DNA of 64,000 nt from an uncultured SAR86 cluster bacterium (GTDB lineage Bacteria; Pseudomonadota; Gammaproteobacteria; Magnimaribacterales; D2472). Of this stretch, positions 55,087 through 64,000 are shown one piece after another. Made by a program: the position numbers and the translations under genes. The stretch spans positions 271,686 to 335,685 of the forward strand of contig CAXYDN010000007.1 of NCBI GenBank assembly GCA_964276145.1, in the 5' to 3' direction. Every line of letters begins with the position of its first letter. Within the stretch, counting starts at the first letter, position 1. The notes below the pieces were generated by a model. It was not told the origin of the DNA. It saw nothing but the letters and a program-made list of their open reading frames with translations, and did no database searches.

Positions 55087-56469
55087 TTATTCTTAATTAA
55101 TTCAGTTACAGCAGAAACGCTACCTGCTCCTTGTGTAATCAAAATATCAAATGAATTTTTTTTAGTATCTATCATCTTAAGAACATCGCTATGTTTTTTA
55201 ATATGCATCGTATCTTTGTGACCTAATTGTTTAATACTTTCAACGAGAGTTCTAGAATCTATGCCCTTTATTGGCTTTTCGCTGGCAGCATATATGTCAA
55301 GAAGTATTAATGAATCTACTGTTTTAAGAACTTTTACAAAATCATCAAAAAGCTGAGCTGTCCTAGAGAACCTATGAGGTTGAAAAATCATACATATTTT
55401 TTTATTTGGAAACTCTTCTCTGCAAGCTTTTATATTTGAAAGAATTTCTATTGGGTGATGTCCATAATCATCTATTAAGATCTTTTTATGAAAATTAAGA
55501 TTGATTTCATGCTTTTCATATCGCCTGCCAACTCCTGTAAATTCTTTTATTCCTCTTTTGATAGAACTAATTGGTATACCTTCCTCAATTGCAACTGCTA
55601 TAGATGCTGCAGCATTAAAGACATTATGTATTCCAGGTTGTTGAATACAAAAAGAATATTTTTTGTTTCTTTGGTTATCATTGATATCAAAATTTTGATA
55701 GCCATTCTTGTACATTACATTTGAAATATAAAAATCTGAAGTTTTAGTTTTACCAAAAGTCACCTGCTTCCTAGATATTCTTTTAGCAATTTTTCTTATA
55801 TTTTTATCATCAGCATTGATGATAATGTACCCATAAAAAGGAATGTTCTCTGAAAATTGGATAAAAGCATTTAAGAGATTTTCAAAATTATTCTCATAAT
55901 GAACTAGGTGGTCGTCATCTATATTTGTTAAAACTGCAACATCTGGATTCAGATGTATAAAAGAGCCATCACTTTCATCAGCCTCAGCAATAAGATAGTT
56001 ACCTTGTCCAAGATTTGAATTTTCATCAGTGCTTAAAACTTTACCGCCGACAACGTATGTTGGACTTAGATTTGCTGAGCTAAATATTTTTGCAATCATG
56101 CTAGTGGTTGTAGTTTTGCCATGGCTTCCAGCAATTGCTATGCTTTCATAGCCCTCTCATTATACTTCCAAGCATTTCTGCTCTTGGAATTATAGTTATA
56201 TCATTTTTTATGCCTTCTATAATTTCAGGATTTTTCTTATCGATAGCACTAGAAACAACTATTAGGTCTGCTGATTTTATGTGAGACTTGTTATGGCCTA
56301 TAAAGACTTTAGCTCCCTCTTTTTTTATTTTTTTCAACTCATAGGATTGATTTATATCAGACCCTGAAACTTTATATCCTTTTTGAAGAAGCAACCTAGC
56401 TATACCAATCATGCCAGCACCACCAATGCCAACAAAATGTATATTCTTGATTTTTTTAAAAAAATTCAT
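55074..56469 (-). pseudogene. murC: UDP-N-acetylmuramate--L-alanine ligase, split by a one-base frameshift just before the P-loop
   Basis: ORF 56146-56469 encodes the MurC N-domain (HFVGIGGAGM...RAEMLGSIMRGL*). ORF 55074-56099 encodes the rest. The downstream frame read across the gap gives (E)GYESIAIAGSHGKTTTTSMIAKIF, the MurC P-loop. The two frames can only be joined within AGAGGGCTATGA (56146-56158). Removing one G gives ...IMRGYESIAIAGSHGKTTT. Confidence 0.85.
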
Positions 56470-57515
56470 TTTTTTATATTAATATTTTCAATTACTTGAC
56501 TGGCAATATTTGATGCAGATGTATGATGATTGTTGTTATGTATTTTTTTCCATTCATTGTATGTTTTTTTATCTATAATTTCTTTTAATATAGTTGTTAA
56601 GCCGTTTAATTCATCCTTTTCCTCATGGATTAAACCCATATTAATTTCTTCAATATGTTTTGCATTATGAAATTGATGGTTATCTATCGCAGATGGCAAA
56701 GGTATCATCAGAACTCCTCTTGACATAGATGTGACTTCAGAAATAGTCAAAGCTCCAGAGCGTGATATCACAAAATCAGACCACTCTATTAATAACTCTG
56801 GATTGTCATAAAACTCTCTTACTTCTGCATCTATTCCAAGCTTCTTATATAAATTAATTACTAAATCTTTTTTGTCTTTACCGCATTGATGTTTTATATA
56901 AACTTTTTGTTTTAATTCATTTAAAGATTTGGGAAGATTGGTATTAATATATTCTGCTCCCTGACTCCCACCAGTAATATAAATTCTTATTGGATCTTCG
57001 TTTGTAAAATCAGTTGATGTAGGTTTAAAATTTTCTCTTATGGGGTTTCCACAAACTATATTATTTTTTATGGGGTTTTTAAGTGGAAAGGCTGTAAAGT
57101 TTATATTTGAAATTTTAGAAAGAAGCTTGTTAGCTGATCCTAAAATAGAATTCTGCTCATGAATGAAGATTGGCTTCCTGGCTATAAAGAATGCCAAGCC
57201 AATAGGTACAGTTATAAAACCTCCAAATCCGACCATAGCATCTATTTTTTCATTTCTTATAATTCTAATAGTTGTGAAAAAACTTATTGGGATTAGGGTA
57301 AGTGATTTTATTTTAGCAAAAATATTTTTGCCTCTAAAACCCTGCATAGATGATACAAAGTATTTAAATTTAGTTGCCTTTAAAGCATTAACCTCTATAG
57401 GCTCTCCACTTCCCATGAAAATAACATCATGCCCAAGCTTGCTTATCTCATGTCCTACTGCAATTGCAGGAAATATATGCCCGCCTGTTTTTGCTGCAGA
57501 AACTAAGATTTTCAT
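56466..57515 (-). CDS. murG: Lipid II synthase MurG (UDP-GlcNAc transferase)
   Basis: 349 aa with N-terminus GGHIFPAIAV, and GGSQGA and C-terminal RSGALTISE motifs. Confidence 0.95.
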   Translation of the reverse strand: MKILVSAAKTGGHIFPAIAVGHEISKLGHDVIFMGSGEPIEVNALKATKFKYFVSSMQGFRGKNIFAKIKSLTLIPISFFTTIRIIRNEKIDAMVGFGGFITVPIGLAFFIARKPIFIHEQNSILGSANKLLSKISNINFTAFPLKNPIKNNIVCGNPIRENFKPTSTDFTNEDPIRIYITGGSQGAEYINTNLPKSLNELKQKVYIKHQCGKDKKDLVINLYKKLGIDAEVREFYDNPELLIEWSDFVISRSGALTISEVTSMSRGVLMIPLPSAIDNHQFHNAKHIEEINMGLIHEEKDELNGLTTILKEIIDKKTYNEWKKIHNNNHHTSASNIASQVIENINIKK

Positions 57516-57519
57516 ATAG

Positions 57520-58626
57520 TTATATTAATTTGTTTTCTTTATTTATTCTAAGAACTATAGCAATTAATGACATCATTATAATAATGCTAGTTCCTCCATA
57601 GCTTATAAATGGCAGTGTTAATCCTTTTGTAGGTAATAATCCAATATTGACAGCTATGTTAAATAAAGATTGGATTGCTATAAGAATTAGTATTCCAAAA
57701 GATGCATATCCTTGAAATAGTCTATCTTTGCTAAAAGAATCTAGCGCAACTTTTAATATGCCGATAAAAAGAATTAAGAATAAAAATATTAAAAATAATC
57801 CTCCAATAATCCCTAGCTCTTCAACAAGAATAGCAAAAATAAAATCCGTATGAGCTTCTGGAAGAAAAAAATTTTTTTGAAAACTATTACCTATTCCTAA
57901 CCCAAACCATCCTCCCTGACCAATACTAATTAATGAATTAGATAATTGCCATCCTGCATTTCTAACGATGTCTTCTGCAAAAGGATCAGTGAAAGCTAGA
58001 ACTCTTGCTAATCTCATCGGGGAGGTAGAAATAGCCATATATCCTAACAAAGCTATTAAAATTGATAGTAAGCTAAATTGAAAGAAGGATATGCCTGCAT
58101 AAAATAGAATTGCTACGACTAACAAGCAAATAATTGCTGTTGACCCTAAGTCAGGTTGACTCATTACTAATAATGAAATTGTAAATAGTAAAAAAAGAGG
58201 TTTTAAGAAACTTCTTAGCGAATCTATTTCAGACATCCTTCTTACTGAATAGCCTGAAATGTAAAGAATTAAACTAAATTTACAAAGCTCTGATGGTTGA
58301 ATATTAATTGGTCCTAATCTTATCCACCTTATACTTCCATTCACACTAGTTCCAACATCAGGAATGAATAGTGCTATTAATAGCCCTATGCTTATTAACA
58401 TAAAAATCCAATCAAATTTATAAAGAAGATCTGATGGAATTAATAAAAATAAAGACATCGATAATAGGCCCATTGAGACAAATAACATTTGACGAGAAGC
58501 GAAATGGAATGGGTTTCCTGTTAAATCATCAGCCACATATATGCTTGAGGAAGCTACCATTACTAATCCTAATGACATTAAACATATAAACGGGATAATT
58601 ATGAGAAGGCTATTTTTGTCAGTCAT
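57520..58626 (-). CDS. ftsW: SEDS peptidoglycan polymerase FtsW
   Basis: 368 aa with 10 TM segments, a SEDS family profile (QPSE, HTDFIFA, LPTKGLTLPFISYGG) and the expected dcw position. Confidence 0.93.
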   Translation of the reverse strand: MTDKNSLLIIIPFICLMSLGLVMVASSSIYVADDLTGNPFHFASRQMLFVSMGLLSMSLFLLIPSDLLYKFDWIFMLISIGLLIALFIPDVGTSVNGSIRWIRLGPINIQPSELCKFSLILYISGYSVRRMSEIDSLRSFLKPLFLLFTISLLVMSQPDLGSTAIICLLVVAILFYAGISFFQFSLLSILIALLGYMAISTSPMRLARVLAFTDPFAEDIVRNAGWQLSNSLISIGQGGWFGLGIGNSFQKNFFLPEAHTDFIFAILVEELGIIGGLFLIFLFLILFIGILKVALDSFSKDRLFQGYASFGILILIAIQSLFNIAVNIGLLPTKGLTLPFISYGGTSIIIMMSLIAIVLRINKENKLI

Positions 58627-59644
58627 CCAATACCTCTTTAACTAAGAGGTTAAAATGAGCACCCCTCTCTTCAAAATTTATGTAATCTTTTCCACTGGGG
58701 TACCCGGGAGAAAATAAAATATTCTCTTTACCTTTGAGATATATTAAAGATTCTTTTAAGCCTCTAAACACTTGCACTTTTTTATGAGTCAAACATTTTT
58801 GTATTTCGTCTCTATGATCTCCAAAGACTATTACTTCTCTTGGGCCTTTAATATTAATTTTTGTATACAACTCTTTTGAAGGGTCGCCACACATTATTAA
58901 AGAATAATTATTTTCATTAAAAATGAAATTTGCTTCCTTGATTGCATAAAAGAGTGAGTTGGAGTTTGTAGATTTAGAATCATTGACAATATTTTTTTTT
59001 ATAAACTCAAATCTTAAAGGTAAATTCTGAAGTTCTAATTTCTTAGATTTTTTACCAGTAATCCATTCATACAAATTATATGGATCGCTTTCATGAGATG
59101 AATGTTTTGCCTGTAGTATTTTTTCTTTTGCCGCTTTGTATTTTTCAAAACTATTGTGATAATTAAGATGATCCGGTGCTATATTTAATAAAATTCCATA
59201 ATCTAGAAAATTTTTAGACATTTTGTCTAACTGAAAACTTGATAATTCAATTATTGAATATTTCTTTCCATTATTAATCTCGTCTAAGACAGGATTGCCT
59301 ATGTTGCCTATTAGATTAGTTGAATCTGATTGAGATATTAGTTGAGATAAATGAAAACAGGTTGTACTTTTGCGATTAGTTCCAGTTATTCCAATTTTTA
59401 TAGATTTATCCTCTTTAAAAAAAATATCAATGTCTGTTAAAACTTTATTTGTTTTTTTTAATGATTTAAATTCTTCTCTTGGGATGCCAGGACTGCAATA
59501 TATTTTTTTATATTTAGAAAAATCTTTATTTGAGGAATAATCAGAGATATTAATGTCATAAATATCAAAATCTATATTTTTTTTTATAAGATATCTTTCA
59601 AAAGATTTTCCTGTAATTCCATAACCATAAATTAAGGATTTCAT
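58619..59644 (-). CDS. murD: UDP-N-acetylmuramoylalanine--D-glutamate ligase, unusually short
   Basis: 341 aa, against about 440 aa in typical MurD. It retains GYGITGKS, the P-loop region GITGTNRKST, NIAPDHL, NDSKSTN and the C-terminal NFEERG. It occupies the dcw position between mraY and ftsW. Confidence 0.85.
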   Translation of the reverse strand: MKSLIYGYGITGKSFERYLIKKNIDFDIYDINISDYSSNKDFSKYKKIYCSPGIPREEFKSLKKTNKVLTDIDIFFKEDKSIKIGITGTNRKSTTCFHLSQLISQSDSTNLIGNIGNPVLDEINNGKKYSIIELSSFQLDKMSKNFLDYGILLNIAPDHLNYHNSFEKYKAAKEKILQAKHSSHESDPYNLYEWITGKKSKKLELQNLPLRFEFIKKNIVNDSKSTNSNSLFYAIKEANFIFNENNYSLIMCGDPSKELYTKINIKGPREVIVFGDHRDEIQKCLTHKKVQVFRGLKESLIYLKGKENILFSPGYPSGKDYINFEERGAHFNLLVKEVLDD

Positions 59645-59653
59645 GTTTGGGGT

Positions 59654-60739
59654 TTATCTCAACTTTAAAGTTGCTAAAGCAATAAGAATAAAAACTAGCG
59701 TAACAATCCAGAAACGCACAATAATTTTTGGTTCAGGCCATCCTTTTAACTCATAATGATGATGGATAGGAGCCATTAAAAAGACTCTTTTACCTCTCGT
59801 TTTATATGAGATAACCTGAATAGCTACACTCAAAGTTTCAATTACAAAAACTCCAGCCATAATGGCAAAAACAAGCTCATGCCTGAGAATGATTGCAATA
59901 ATTCCTAAAATAGCACCAAGAGTTAATGAGCCAATATCTCCCATAAATATTTGTGCTGGATAAGTGTTATACCAAAGAAATCCAATGCCAGATCCTATTA
60001 AAGCTCCGCAAAAAACAATAAGCTCTCCAGATAATTCTAGGTGGGGCAAGTAAAGATAATCAGCAATAATTTGATTACCCATACTATAGGCTATTAAACC
60101 CAATGCACCTGCAATAAGTACTGAAGGGAGAATGGCCAAACCATCAAGACCATCTGTAAGGTTGACTGCATTTGAAGAGCCAACAAGAATAAACATTCCT
60201 GTAAAAATAAATACAAATGCACTCATAGGTATTATTAAATCTTTAAAGAAAGGAACAATAAATGATGTTTCTGGTGGTGTTTCTGCTGAATAAAATAAAT
60301 ATGACATTGTAAAAAATGAAAATAAAATCTGAAGAAGTATTTTTTGTTTTGAGCTAAGTCCGTCTGAACTTTTTTTTGTTATCTTTATGTAGTCATCAAG
60401 AAAACCAATTAAAGCAAAAGCTATTGTTACGAATAAAACAACCCAGATATATCTATTTCCTAGGTCGGCCCACAGTAATGTAGAAATTACTAATGAAGAT
60501 AAAATTAGAAGCCCTCCCATTGTAGGCGTTCCTGATTTTTTGTAATGAGATTCCGGACCATCTGTGCGAACATGTTGCTCAAATTGCATTGATTTAAGAA
60601 GGTTGATAATTGCTGGCCCTAGTAATATTGATATTAAAAGTGCAGTAACTGTTCCTCCAAGAGTTCTAACTGTTAAATATCGTAAAACATCAAAACCTGG
60701 ATCAATATCAACTAGCACTGTTCCTAAATATTCAAACAT
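59654..60739 (-). CDS. mraY: Phospho-N-acetylmuramoyl-pentapeptide transferase
   Basis: 361 aa with TPTMGG, NAVNLTDGLDGLA, MGDIGSL and PIHHHYE motifs. Confidence 0.98.
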   Translation of the reverse strand: MFEYLGTVLVDIDPGFDVLRYLTVRTLGGTVTALLISILLGPAIINLLKSMQFEQHVRTDGPESHYKKSGTPTMGGLLILSSLVISTLLWADLGNRYIWVVLFVTIAFALIGFLDDYIKITKKSSDGLSSKQKILLQILFSFFTMSYLFYSAETPPETSFIVPFFKDLIIPMSAFVFIFTGMFILVGSSNAVNLTDGLDGLAILPSVLIAGALGLIAYSMGNQIIADYLYLPHLELSGELIVFCGALIGSGIGFLWYNTYPAQIFMGDIGSLTLGAILGIIAIILRHELVFAIMAGVFVIETLSVAIQVISYKTRGKRVFLMAPIHHHYELKGWPEPKIIVRFWIVTLVFILIALATLKLR

Positions 60740-62072
60740 CTATATACCTCTCCATCTTCATTCCTCTGGACCCCTTAATTAGAACTACATCTTTAGATTG
60801 AATATTTTTCTTTAAAAATTCCCTCAAAAGAATCTCATCATTAAAAAATATACCATTTTTACCAAAGCCTTCTACAGCATATTTTGTTAAATCACCAAAT
60901 CCAAGAAAAATATCGATTTTTTTTGTGGCAGCATATTTACCAACGTCTTTATGCATCTTCTTTCTCAGTCTTCCTAGCTCTAGCATGTCTCCTAATACAA
61001 CAATCTTTCTTTTCGATGATGTTGCTAATAAATCTAGTGCTTTTTTAACAGATTCAGGGTTAGCATTATATGTATCGTCAATAAGGACTGAGCCTCGTAT
61101 CCATTTGGATTGTTTTTGTCTAATAATTGAATCTAAATTATTTTTAAGTTTAGTAGAAAATATTTCATCAGAATTTTTGACAATATATGAAACTGCATAG
61201 CTTGCAAGAATATTCTTTAAGTTATGCTCACCTGACAAAGATGTCTCAATGTGTATATTTGTATTATATTTTTTTGATTTAATTATAAATTTGCTTTTAT
61301 TTAAGCTGTATTTAATTTCCTCAGGATAAAAATCTGCTGATTTTTTTATTCCAAAAGTAATTACATTAATATCATTTCTTAAGCTTTTCCAAAAACTTAA
61401 ATGTTTAGAATTTTCATTTGGCACAATAAGATATCCATCTTTTTTTATATTTGATATGAGTTCAGATTTAACCTTTAAAACTCCGTCGATATTTTTTAAT
61501 TTTTCTAGATGTGAATTACCAATATTGGTTATTAGCCCAATATTAGGTTTTAGAACTGAGCTTAAATACTGAATATCTTTAGGTTTAGCTGCGCCCATCT
61601 CAATTACCAAATGTTTAGCTTTTGGATTTGCATTTATAATGCTTAAGGGCATTCCTATTTCATTATTATAGTTTTTTAATGTTCCTGAACTTTTATTTAA
61701 AACACTTGAAATTATTTTTGTCGTGGTTGTCTTTCCATTGCTTCCAGTTATACCAATTACATTGCCTTCAAATGATTTAAGAATATTTTTTGCAATCTTT
61801 CTTAAACTAACAACTGTATTATTGACATAGATTATTCTCTTTTTATTAGAGCCTTTAAATCTTTTACTATCGGTTATTACTAAGCAGGCTCCTTTTTTTA
61901 TAGCATTTTCTACATAATCATTGCCGTTAAATTTTTCTCCTTTTATTGCAAAGAATAAAGATTCTGGCTTAAGGTCTCTTGTATCAGTTGATACATTTGA
62001 AATTTTTATATCTTTAGCAATTTTTATATTTAAGAGTTTTGCAAGATCATTTGAGTTATTTATAAATTTCAT
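60732..62072 (-). CDS. murF: UDP-MurNAc-tripeptide--D-Ala-D-Ala ligase
   Basis: 446 aa with P-loop GITGSNGKTTT, DTYNANP and LGDMLELG. Confidence 0.95.
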   Translation of the reverse strand: MKFINNSNDLAKLLNIKIAKDIKISNVSTDTRDLKPESLFFAIKGEKFNGNDYVENAIKKGACLVITDSKRFKGSNKKRIIYVNNTVVSLRKIAKNILKSFEGNVIGITGSNGKTTTTKIISSVLNKSSGTLKNYNNEIGMPLSIINANPKAKHLVIEMGAAKPKDIQYLSSVLKPNIGLITNIGNSHLEKLKNIDGVLKVKSELISNIKKDGYLIVPNENSKHLSFWKSLRNDINVITFGIKKSADFYPEEIKYSLNKSKFIIKSKKYNTNIHIETSLSGEHNLKNILASYAVSYIVKNSDEIFSTKLKNNLDSIIRQKQSKWIRGSVLIDDTYNANPESVKKALDLLATSSKRKIVVLGDMLELGRLRKKMHKDVGKYAATKKIDIFLGFGDLTKYAVEGFGKNGIFFNDEILLREFLKKNIQSKDVVLIKGSRGMKMERYIDV

Positions 62073-63552
62073 TAATCACCTCATGATCACTAAAATAAAT
62101 CTTGCTTCCATTAATTTCTTGGGTATCTTCATGTCCTTTTCCAAGGACAACTAGGCAATCATTTTTTTCTAGCATTAGGCTTCCTTGGATGATTGCCTCT
62201 CTTCTATCCTCAATAGCAATAACTTTATTTTCTTCATTTTTATTTGTTGCATCTGAATAGATTTCCCGAAAAGATTCGAATCTAGAGTTATCACTTGTAA
62301 AAATTACCTTCTTACCATGGTCAATCGCAGCTTTAAGCATTTTTGGTCTTTTCTTTTTATCTCTATCACCCCCACAGCCAAAAACTATTATTAAATTTTC
62401 AAAGTAATTCTTAATAGAAGACAAGAAAAATATAAATCCTTCGGCATTGTGAGCATAATCTATTATTACATTTGCGGGAATATCTGAAATAAAATCTGAA
62501 CGACCTTTGGGAAGTTTTAAAAAAAATAAATCGTTAATTTTAGTTTCTGAAAAAATAGAAAATCCAACTGAGCATATGGCAAAAACAAGATTGCTTATAT
62601 TAAAGTCAGGAAAAATTGATGTCTCGAATAAGTATTCTTTTCTTGAAGATGGTTGATATCCGATCGGTGGATTATTAATTGATATTTTAAAAACAGTATT
62701 ATTTATAGATGATTCAATAATTTCATAAAAAATATCTGATGAGGTTGTTTTATTGCTAACTACAGTTGTGTTGTAACGACTATTTTTAATATAAGGATAT
62801 TTATTAGCATCTTTCGCTAAATCTTCATGAATTAACTTTAATGGACATGTATTTTTAAATATTTTAAATTTAGCATCTTTGTAGGACTGAATATCTTTAT
62901 GATAGTCGAGATGGTCAGATCCAATATTTAGAATGCAGGCCGAGTTTATAAATGAGATATTTTTTAATCTGTTCTGATCAAGAGCGTGTGATGAGATCTC
63001 TATACATACTGATATGGGCTCATTTATTTTGAAATAGTTAAAGATTTCAAACAGTTCAAATATATCTGGAGTTGTTTTAAATGAAATTGCATTATTTATA
63101 TCTTTATCTTTATATTGAGCTCCAAGAGTTCCTATATACATAGATTTATATCCAGCATTTACAAGAATTTGATGACATAAGTATGCCGATGATGTTTTTC
63201 CATTAGTGCCGGTAAATGTAAAAAAATTATTTTCATTCTGAAGATCATTCAAATCATAAAATTCAGTTAAAAAATCATAAACTTTATCTCTTGAATTATT
63301 TTGCTCGTTTTCTTCAAGATCTTCGATAAAAAAGATATTACTTTTGTTAGATAGAAAATTTGGATCATTATGAACAATAATAGATGCTCCTAACGTTAGT
63401 GCTTTATTAATATATTTGCTCCCATGATTAAAAGTTCCTTTTAATCCAAAAAAAATTGAGCCATCTACTACTTTATCAGTTGAATTAGTAACGTTAGATA
63501 TTTTTAATCCTTTTGGGAAATTAATACCTAGTATTTTTTCTAACTTATTCAT
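62056..63552 (-). CDS. murE: UDP-MurNAc-L-Ala-D-Glu--2,6-diaminopimelate ligase
   Basis: 498 aa with P-loop TGTNGKTS, DYAHN, GCGGDRDKKKRP and a DNSR-like (SDNSR) motif. Confidence 0.94.
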   Translation of the reverse strand: MNKLEKILGINFPKGLKISNVTNSTDKVVDGSIFFGLKGTFNHGSKYINKALTLGASIIVHNDPNFLSNKSNIFFIEDLEENEQNNSRDKVYDFLTEFYDLNDLQNENNFFTFTGTNGKTSSAYLCHQILVNAGYKSMYIGTLGAQYKDKDINNAISFKTTPDIFELFEIFNYFKINEPISVCIEISSHALDQNRLKNISFINSACILNIGSDHLDYHKDIQSYKDAKFKIFKNTCPLKLIHEDLAKDANKYPYIKNSRYNTTVVSNKTTSSDIFYEIIESSINNTVFKISINNPPIGYQPSSRKEYLFETSIFPDFNISNLVFAICSVGFSIFSETKINDLFFLKLPKGRSDFISDIPANVIIDYAHNAEGFIFFLSSIKNYFENLIIVFGCGGDRDKKKRPKMLKAAIDHGKKVIFTSDNSRFESFREIYSDATNKNEENKVIAIEDRREAIIQGSLMLEKNDCLVVLGKGHEDTQEINGSKIYFSDHEVINEIYK

Positions 63553-64000
63553 CTTCGATATAACCCAAGTAATTTAGAGAACTTTCTGCTATTTCAGCAA
63601 ACAATGGAGCAGCTACCATACCTCCAGAGTATGCATTTAAACCCGGGTCTTCTATCGATACAAAAATAGTTAATGATTCGTCTGAAAGAGGAGCTATTCC
63701 AACAAAAGAAGCTCGATATAAATCTTTTGCATAACCCGATCCAGAGATGGTTCTATGAACTGTGCCGGTTTTACCACCTTCACTAAAACCTTTTATATCT
63801 GCTTTCTTGCCAGTACCAATTTTTACTACTTGTTTAAGTGCTTCGAGGGTATGATCTGCAGAAATCTTAGAAATTATTCTTTTTGAAGTAACTTCATCAT
63901 TCATTAATAATTTGAAATCTTTTCTGACTCCTTGATTTGCAAAAATAGAATAAGCAGCAGTTATCTGGAAAGGACTTACTGTGAAACCATAGCCATACCC
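63545..64000 (-). CDS. ftsI: Peptidoglycan D,D-transpeptidase FtsI (PBP3), C-terminal part; the 5' end lies outside the window
   Basis: The frame is open to base 64000 (GYGYGFTVSPFQITAAYSIFANQG...). It contains the KTG box (GGKTGTV). It lies upstream of murE. Confidence 0.9.
   Translation of the reverse strand, partial: GYGYGFTVSPFQITAAYSIFANQGVRKDFKLLMNDEVTSKRIISKISADHTLEALKQVVKIGTGKKADIKGFSEGGKTGTVHRTISGSGYAKDLYRASFVGIAPLSDESLTIFVSIEDPGLNAYSGGMVAAPLFAEIAESSLNYLGYIEDE

Overview
The window is AT-rich (about one-third G+C by eye, not computed) and extremely compact. By my tally only about 1.1 kb of 64 kb lies outside genes. All but five genes are on the minus strand. Gene order is that of a streamlined gammaproteobacterium with Pseudomonas-like synteny. 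In coordinate order the blocks are:
- a partial MATE transporter
- the TCA block sdhCDAB-sucA-sucB-lpdA-sucCD
- der-bamB-yfgM-hisS-ispG-rodZ-rlmN-ndk
- iscRSUA-fdx-iscX
- purC-bamC-dapA, then bcp, perM and bepA
- a TLC/NTT-like transporter and tRNA-Lys(UUU)
- aspS-yebC-[141-aa nuclease]-ybgC-tolQRAB-pal-cpoB
- an FmdB zinc ribbon, proS, a thiolase, recA (with a perfect LexA box), fdxA and a DUF368 protein
- pcm-surE-ispDF-ftsB-eno-kdsA-pyrG, then alr-dnaB-rplI-rpsR-rpsF
- the dcw cluster from ftsI (partial) to ftsA

I saw no mobile elements, CRISPR arrays, prophage, toxin-antitoxin or defence-island signatures, and no clear novel multi-gene system. This is core housekeeping DNA.

The most unusual locus is a 141-aa Hjc-like PD-(D/E)XK nuclease. 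It sits exactly where ruvC-ruvA-ruvB lie in related genomes, which suggests in-situ replacement of the Holliday-junction resolvasome. Other points worth a second look:
- Single-base frameshifts split sucA and murC.
- MurD is only 341 aa and has Arg at a Walker-A glycine position.
- The dcw cluster stops at ftsA with no ftsZ.
- The isc operon has no hscBA.
- ProRS lacks its INS editing domain.
- ispD and ispF are fused.
- A 25/25 IscR box and its promoter are embedded in the 3' end of purC.
- Convergent gene pairs leave no room for terminators.
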